From Raillietiella orientalis (Eukaryota): 64,000 nt of DNA. Shown here piece after piece: positions 57,791 to 64,000 of the stretch. The notes under the pieces were generated by a model that worked only from the letters and a program-made list of their open reading frames with translations, did no database searches and had not been told where the DNA came from. The DNA lies in assembly GCA_036172245.1 (NCBI GenBank), contig JAYWIR010000030.1, forward strand, positions 2,418,001 through 2,482,000. Direction: 5' to 3'. Within the stretch, counting starts at the first letter, position 1. Each line of letters starts with the position of its first letter. The position numbers and the translations under genes were made by a program.

Positions 57791-59300
57791 TTTTGATCTG
57801 CATCAGCTGGTCCTCCATCATCGTTCCGCATAATGGCACATCCATGAAGCAATGCTTTACGCGAGTAGCAAGTTCAACAGACCCTTTACTGGCATCTTTC
57901 TTAAAAAGAAACTCTTGGGAGAGGAATCAGTTGCTGGGCTACTCGTTGCAGGAGCTCGCCTTAGCCAAACAGTTAAAACCACGAGCATTTCTTGAAAGCA
58001 TCCTACTGTTGACTGGATGCAGTGTGGAGATCCTGGTTCTGAAACACCTTTGATGTACGTGGATCGGGGAAGCTGCAGTGTGGAGGTCTGAATCATCGAA
58101 ACTTTTCCAACTGGATTTCATGGTGGCAATTGAAAGAAGCGTAGGGATTTCGGTACAGTACTCAGGAACCCACATTCCCTTCTGCTGCTGTGCAACGCTC
58201 GCTGTGCAGATCGGAAACTCGAAACGAGTGCTACCGTAGAATGGACTCAGATCAATTGTCTTCAGCTTCCAGTCTCGTTTTTTGTGTGCATTTCTGTTCA
58301 AGGGAACACACACGAAAGCGTCCAAGACTCTTCTAGCGGGGGCAGATGATTTTTGCGTGCTATTGCGCGTGTCGTGATTCTTGCCATCACCAGTGACGAG
58401 ATGGAGGGCAAGTATTCCGTTGAGCGGCAAACACAACTGGATGAGAGTGTTCAAGCTTTGGAGGAAAAGCTCCGAAAATGGACTGGGAGAAAGAAAGTTT
58501 CCACGGTCAAAGGGAGCTTCTGTCAGTATCTTCACAAGTCTTTGTTCTGCTCAAGTCAAAGTGCACTCGGAAGAGCAAGGAAGCCTGCAGTTCGGTTCTT
58601 CACCTGCTAGATGACACCGCTGCTGAAGCATTCACGATCTAGGAACAGAGCAGGACTGGATGAAGATTTGGAGAAGATGTCTCGTAATGTCCTTTCACGA
58701 CCAAGAACATGGAACATGCTGAACGTAACCGCACCTGCAGAGATTATTCGTGAAAATGGCTTTCCCGATGAACTTGGTCTGCTGCGGTTGGCGTGCTTCG
58801 GAAGGTTGACAAGCTGAAGACAGAAGCTGGAACGCTGATGGCCCCCGAATTGTGGCAGACAGGGCTGCCAAAACATTCTGAGTAACGAAAACAGCAAAAC
58901 AGGGAAGAGGCAGAACCAATGCAGAATGAACGCATCAAGAGACTGCTATGCCAATGTTTCTAGTGGTCTGCTCCAGCAGACCCGACCGTCGAGGTGGCTG
59001 GAGAAGACAAGGCTCAGAAATGGGCGAGACCTTCGGACGGAAAGCGTTCAGTCGATGTCTTCCGAGAAATGAACGGACTCTTCGAGAAGAAAATAGCGAA
59101 AGAGGTTCTCATCACTTGAGCTGTTGTCTTCATCGCTTGCCTCCTTTACAAATTTACATCGCTTTCTCCTTTGCTTTCTGCACAGAGTTGAGGAAGGAAA
59201 AATTTTCTCGCTCCTTTTATGGGAAAACTTTGCAGCGTCATATCTTCATCTCGTTTATTGTCTCCAAGAATTTAGTGCGCAACCTGCCCCGTAGAATGAA
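57740..59300 (+). pseudogene. Decayed AAA-ATPase-like paralogue N
   Basis: ORF 57475-58053 runs from the repeat into TGHPVSDF, IIVPHNGTSM and KQLKPRAFLESILLLTGCS (resembles LLK.N.YLE.ALLTGVS). It is followed by *NGLRSIVFSFQS (~58240) and FCQYLHKS. Confidence 0.5.
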
Positions 59301-60759
59301 CGATCCATTCGGATTACGGGATCTCTGGTCTCTCGTGCTTTAATGAAAATCTGTTCACAGAGTTGATTATCCTTTCATTGGGCTTTCTTTGAGTTAACAC
59401 TATGATTGAAAGAACACATGTACTGAATAAAACACGCGCACACACGCACATTATAACTCGGCCTCATGCTGTGGAAGGAGGTTCTGGTGGCAATCCGGAG
59501 AGCTTCTATACACAACCCATTACCCTGCTGCTGCTTTGATAGCAGTTGCTTTTCACACAGTTTCATCTCTGAACCCGAATATCATTGCACTCAAAGACGC
59601 GATGCTGGAAATTGGACATGCGAAAAATAATAGGATGCAATTTCCAGCATGCTCCCACGAACACAAAAATGAAGGTAAAACCGATGCGGTCGATTAGTCT
59701 CAACCCATTCCAACGTCCTCAACCTCACAGTTGTATACCTCCATCGTCAGTCTCTGCAGATTTCTCCGGTCATCCGATCGCAGAAAAGTTCATGACCTCC
59801 GCGCACCGGCCATTCCTCTGTACTTAGTGCTGAATGCGATCAACCGTGAGTGCAGTGTGCGAGGCAGAGCAAAAAAAAACAATCACACAAGTAATCATCT
59901 GTCCTTACCTCTCAAAAGTGAATGCCTTTGATGCATTGACTTCCTTGCGGCAAATACAATCGTTACATTTTTTTTATTTATTTATTTTCCTTCCTCCCCC
60001 CCCCCCCTTTCTTTTGAGGTGGTTTGGTGTGCACAATGACCGATTGCTATTCACTGCACTCGATAGAGCAGTTTGGTTTCGCTGCTCGTGAAGCCATTTG
60101 CAATCAGACACAGACGCATTTTCTATAGGGGAGCTGCCTCACCCCAAATCCGATTCAGAAACTGAGCTCGTAGGGAGTCTTCCCACAGTTTTCGAGCTTC
60201 AGTTGCGTGCCTCCTGCGACATTGCCCACAGCAAACAACTATGAATCGCGCACACCCTATTGTTAACTGATAGTGTCACAAATCACCATGCATACCCTAT
60301 TATTAGCTTATAGTATTACGTGCACGTCCCATTATTAGTTTTACACATGGCAGTGCTCTTCTCCGCCCGTGGTGGCCGCCATCTTCTTTGCTTGGTTGGT
60401 TCCTTTTACTGATTGCAGCTGCAGTCTTCCAAGCAGCGATAGCCGAACGGCAGTTTTTGAGCAGGGAGGGATGCTGGAAAGATGTCTTTTTGATTTTTCA
60501 GTCTGACACTGAACTGTGTGTTCGTGGAGACGCAGCGGAGGAAACACTCCGCTGTTAATATTCTGCCGCTGCACCGTCGCTGTTCAAGCTGCAACGCTTA
60601 GTTGGATTTTGCTTTCTATTTTCCGGTGAAATGCAGTGGAAAGTTACTCTCTTAGCAGATCAGCAATAATTTATGGGTGTATTTGGGTCTTTATTTGTGA
60701 CAGAGCTGAAAAAGGAAAGAGAAGGAAAAAAATGCGCATAGTCCTCGCAGCGACGATGT

Positions 60760-62700
60760 TCACCTCGAAAAGTCAATGAAGAGGAATAACTCTCCACGCA
60801 GTTTCACCACTGATTCAGCTGTTGGCTGCTCCATAATCTCCTTAGTGAACTGGCATTCTTTTTTCATGATTTGTTTTCTCATGAGTGCTGATAACGTTTT
60901 ACAGCATGCAGCCAATACAGCGTGCAGTAAAATTCATTCTCCTTTTCGATGCATGAAGCATCAGTCTGTTCCTTCCATTGGAATCTCCATTGGAGAGACT
61001 CTGGATGCAAATCTTATTTGCACATGTCACGTGAAATATAAATCTCCCTGAACTGAACTGATTTGCCATCTGCAAAAGTGCCTGAGAATATGGGAGAGCT
61101 TCTTCCATGATTCGCTTTCTCTTCAAGTAAGTTCCGTCGTCGTCGTTGCTTCTGCTTCTGCTTCTGCTGCTGCTGCTACTTGCGTTTGTTGTTTCTGTTG
61201 AGTAGGGAAGACGCTTTTTCATGATGGTGTCGTGGGACGAAACACTCTAAACAATAATTGGAAAACGAAGAGGGTGCTTTGTTCTTTGTAATTGCTATAT
61301 CAGTTTCTGTAGAATGAGAGTACTCTAAGCCACCCTATCTTTCAGGCACCTCCATGATTTGGTTTCACATCATACAAATAGCACTTTGAGGAAATTGCTA
61401 AGCGGTCGAGAGCTTCCAGCAGGAATGATTCCTGGAAATGTCGAACCGTTCGTGAACGCAGCAGAGTGCTTCTCTAATCAAAAAGATCTAAAGTTCTGAA
61501 GAGCAATCATTTCCTGTATGAGATATATCCATATTCAAGCTACATCTATGATTAACAACTAATGGCGGCTTAATGTATAAAATGCTCTGCATATCAAGTG
61601 AAAATGCATTGCATTCATGCCATAGTAATCATCACATTGTATTGATGAAACTTCGTGTGCTTATAGTATTATACACTACATCATTATATATGTAGCGGCA
61701 GCAAATGTATGCTTACGCAACGTATACATTCCATTGACGGGTGTCTACCTGGATAATTCCGCGGTGTCTGAGGAAAATGGAAAAGTATCATGAAACTTCG
61801 GAACAGATTTGAGGCGTGGGGAAATCAGCCGCCCGACATCCAGGAGTCTCGTACGGTGGGGACGTCGTAGAGGAAACCCCGGCTGAAACGCGGTACCAGA
61901 AGGGTTACGCGCCTTCTCAGTTTAATTGTTTCCAAGGAAACGTTTCCAACAGGCTGACTGGTAATCCCATGCTGGAGATGTGACATAAATATGTCTAGCG
62001 GCAGATTCTTGGGATGCATAATTCCGGCAGAATCGTATTGATCAACGAGAACTTTTACGGTAGTTCCAAAGGTTCCACGTAAATACCTCAGTGTCAAAAA
62101 GACGCTTTCCGCTACTTAAAAGAACCCTACGCTGCTAAATTAAAAAAAAAAAAATCGGCGAATGCACTGAAAGGCAGGCGTTTCCAGGAGAGAAAAAAAA
62201 GACAATCCGGAAAAGACTGATATGGGTATGAATTATGCGGATGCTGTGAATTGATTGCGCACACATGCATACATGGGAATATGTGAAAACAGGCCCGAAA
62301 TTGGAAAATGCCTTTGATTTATCCCACTGTTGGATCTCATGCGCGATTGGAAAAGTCATCGCACCGATCTGCGGGACCGGAAAAGTGGAAGCTGCAAAGC
62401 ACCATTTTCCTTCGGAAAACAAACAACAACAACAGAACAAAAAAAAAAAAGATGTTGCGAGATCGACAGGGGGAAAAAACTTGCAGCAGAGGAATTTCTT
62501 CACAGGAGCTTCCGCGTCTTAGAAACCCACAAATCTTTCGGGACGTCTTCTACATCATGGCCGATCGCATTTCCAAGAATCACTCCCTCGTCTCCGCTAC
62601 CAACTTTCAAAACCCTTTATTTGCCTTATCCCAACTCAAAAAGGTTTCGTCCTTGAAACGCAATGTAAAGCAGAGGGCCTCTAAACGGACTCCTGATTTC
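60760..62700 (-). pseudogene. Decayed AAA-ATPase-like / PD-(D/E)xK paralogue O (clearest Walker B)
   Basis: RFKDETFL (~62650), RPERF(G)VSKTRKLL-KKFL across frameshifts (~62540), STFPVPQI (~62385), LRYLRGTFGTTVKVLVDQYDS and LLVPRFSRG (ORF 61825-62097), FTNGSTF..RPLSNFLKVL..KSW (~61450-61350), ALLQM..VTCANKI (~61070-61015). Confidence 0.6.
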
Positions 62701-62759
62701 CTTCCGGTCACAGGACCCTTCCTGCCACGTTCTCTACCTTGAACCCGCAAGTTTTACGC

Positions 62760-64000
62760 CATTCAATTCACAGCAGTTGATCAGGAGCATCGTTTACATG
62801 CAGAGTATGGCGGCCATCGGGCGACCCCCGTTGGCAAGCCCCTGGAAAACTTGAAATAAGAGCACCTGCTCCAGTAGTGCGGTGCAAAGCTGGTCCATGA
62901 GTCCCAGAGACATGCGTTTCTTCTTTCCCTGCACTCTTAGAATGACCACAGACCACGAGAAGTGAGAAGTCATTTCCGTAGAATTCCATTTTCCGCAGAC
63001 CAAAAAGAAAGACTCGTGCCTTCTCGCGTTTTACGTCGACATCACGTTATCATCGAATTGGATCCTCACAAGAATCACTGAACTTCAGCTTTGCCACTTT
63101 TGTTTTCGGAGCCAGCATTTTTTATTAGGGACTCTGCGTAGCCGCTGGATCGTCTGGCCACGCCGCCACCGCGGTGTGCAATCAAACAAATCAGTTCGTG
63201 ACACCACGAATGAACAGTTCCACCATCCGGAGATAGCGATGGTAATGATTTTAAATGATTGCTTCCAGCGTTCCGCAACCAAGTAATTTTACTGATGCCT
63301 CGCGGAGAGTTTCGGCATCGTACAAAGCGTGTAATGAATGTTCGACACCGCGAATTAACGAACATGAACTGCAGAGAACAGGAGAGACTATAGATCTCAC
63401 TCGTGAATTCCATCCTCTTCTGGAGCAAAGTAAAGGACCGAAGAGCAAGGAAGCGGCAGCAGGAGTCACAGCAAAATGTATTCCAAGACGGGCTTTCCGA
63501 CCGTAATGGATGCCCTCATTTCATTGTTGAATAAACAAACGGAACAATCCACTGATGTAATTACCTCGTTGGCCTATTTACTGATGTAATCATCATACTA
63601 ATAATGTGATTTCGTTATTGCTTTCCTTCGAGTACAAGGAAGAAGGAAGAAAAGTTCCTTCGCCAGTACTCGTCAGGGGAACCGACGTGAGTCCGAGGCA
63701 TCTTGCGCGTTGCCATGACTCTTTCCATCCATGGAATCTGTAGCAAGCTTGTTCCGGATCGGTTTCCAAACCGCATAGGCGAAAATGCCCACATCCCTCC
63801 CAGCCTCCCGAAAATGATCGTTCCGTCCTGGCACGGCTAATGATTATTCATGAAAATTGAAAGGATGTGTTTGCAAGACCGAGCTGTGCCGAAGTGGCAA
63901 AATAATCAATACAGAATGTGCACTATGTACACCTTTACGAACACCGCATGTAGCTTACAATCTGGAATGGAAGGGAAATTCCACAGGAGGTCGAGACTGC
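62760..64000 (-). pseudogene. Decayed AAA-ATPase-like paralogue P, truncated by the window edge
   Basis: IHYGRKARLGIHFAVTP (~63510-63460) resembles HYGKKVIVLIDEYDTP. DQLCTALLEQVLL (ORF 62794-63003) resembles D.F..FLLE.GYL. Confidence 0.5.

Overview
Eukaryotic nuclear DNA, very likely arthropod, judging from GT-AG introns of 53-116 nt, an arthropod-type Glut1 and an arthropod-like mitochondrial 12S fragment. Two genes look intact. The first is a plus-strand class I facilitated glucose transporter (Glut1), about 19508-39206. It has a coiled-coil N-terminal extension, a 14.3-kb intron, a compact 9-exon core and several unusual splice sites. The second is a minus-strand, essentially single-exon protein at 53467-55481 with two catalytically dead trypsin-like domains and a C-terminal membrane anchor. 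Much of the remaining DNA, including the large Glut1 introns, appears to be about 15 heavily decayed paralogues of a bacterial-type AAA-ATPase-like (PF09820) / PD-(D/E)xK (PF08011, DUF1703) gene in both orientations. I recognised these by eye from degenerate motifs in the expected order, so they need HMM confirmation. Four copies carry a shared Pro/Gly/Glu-rich 5' repeat, and two share a near-identical tract of about 0.85 kb. Also present are a mitochondrial 12S rRNA NUMT, an interleaved A-B-A'-B' palindrome and several perfect hairpins. Most ORFs in the supplied track are GC-rich noise. No CRISPR array, tRNA or intact transposase was seen.
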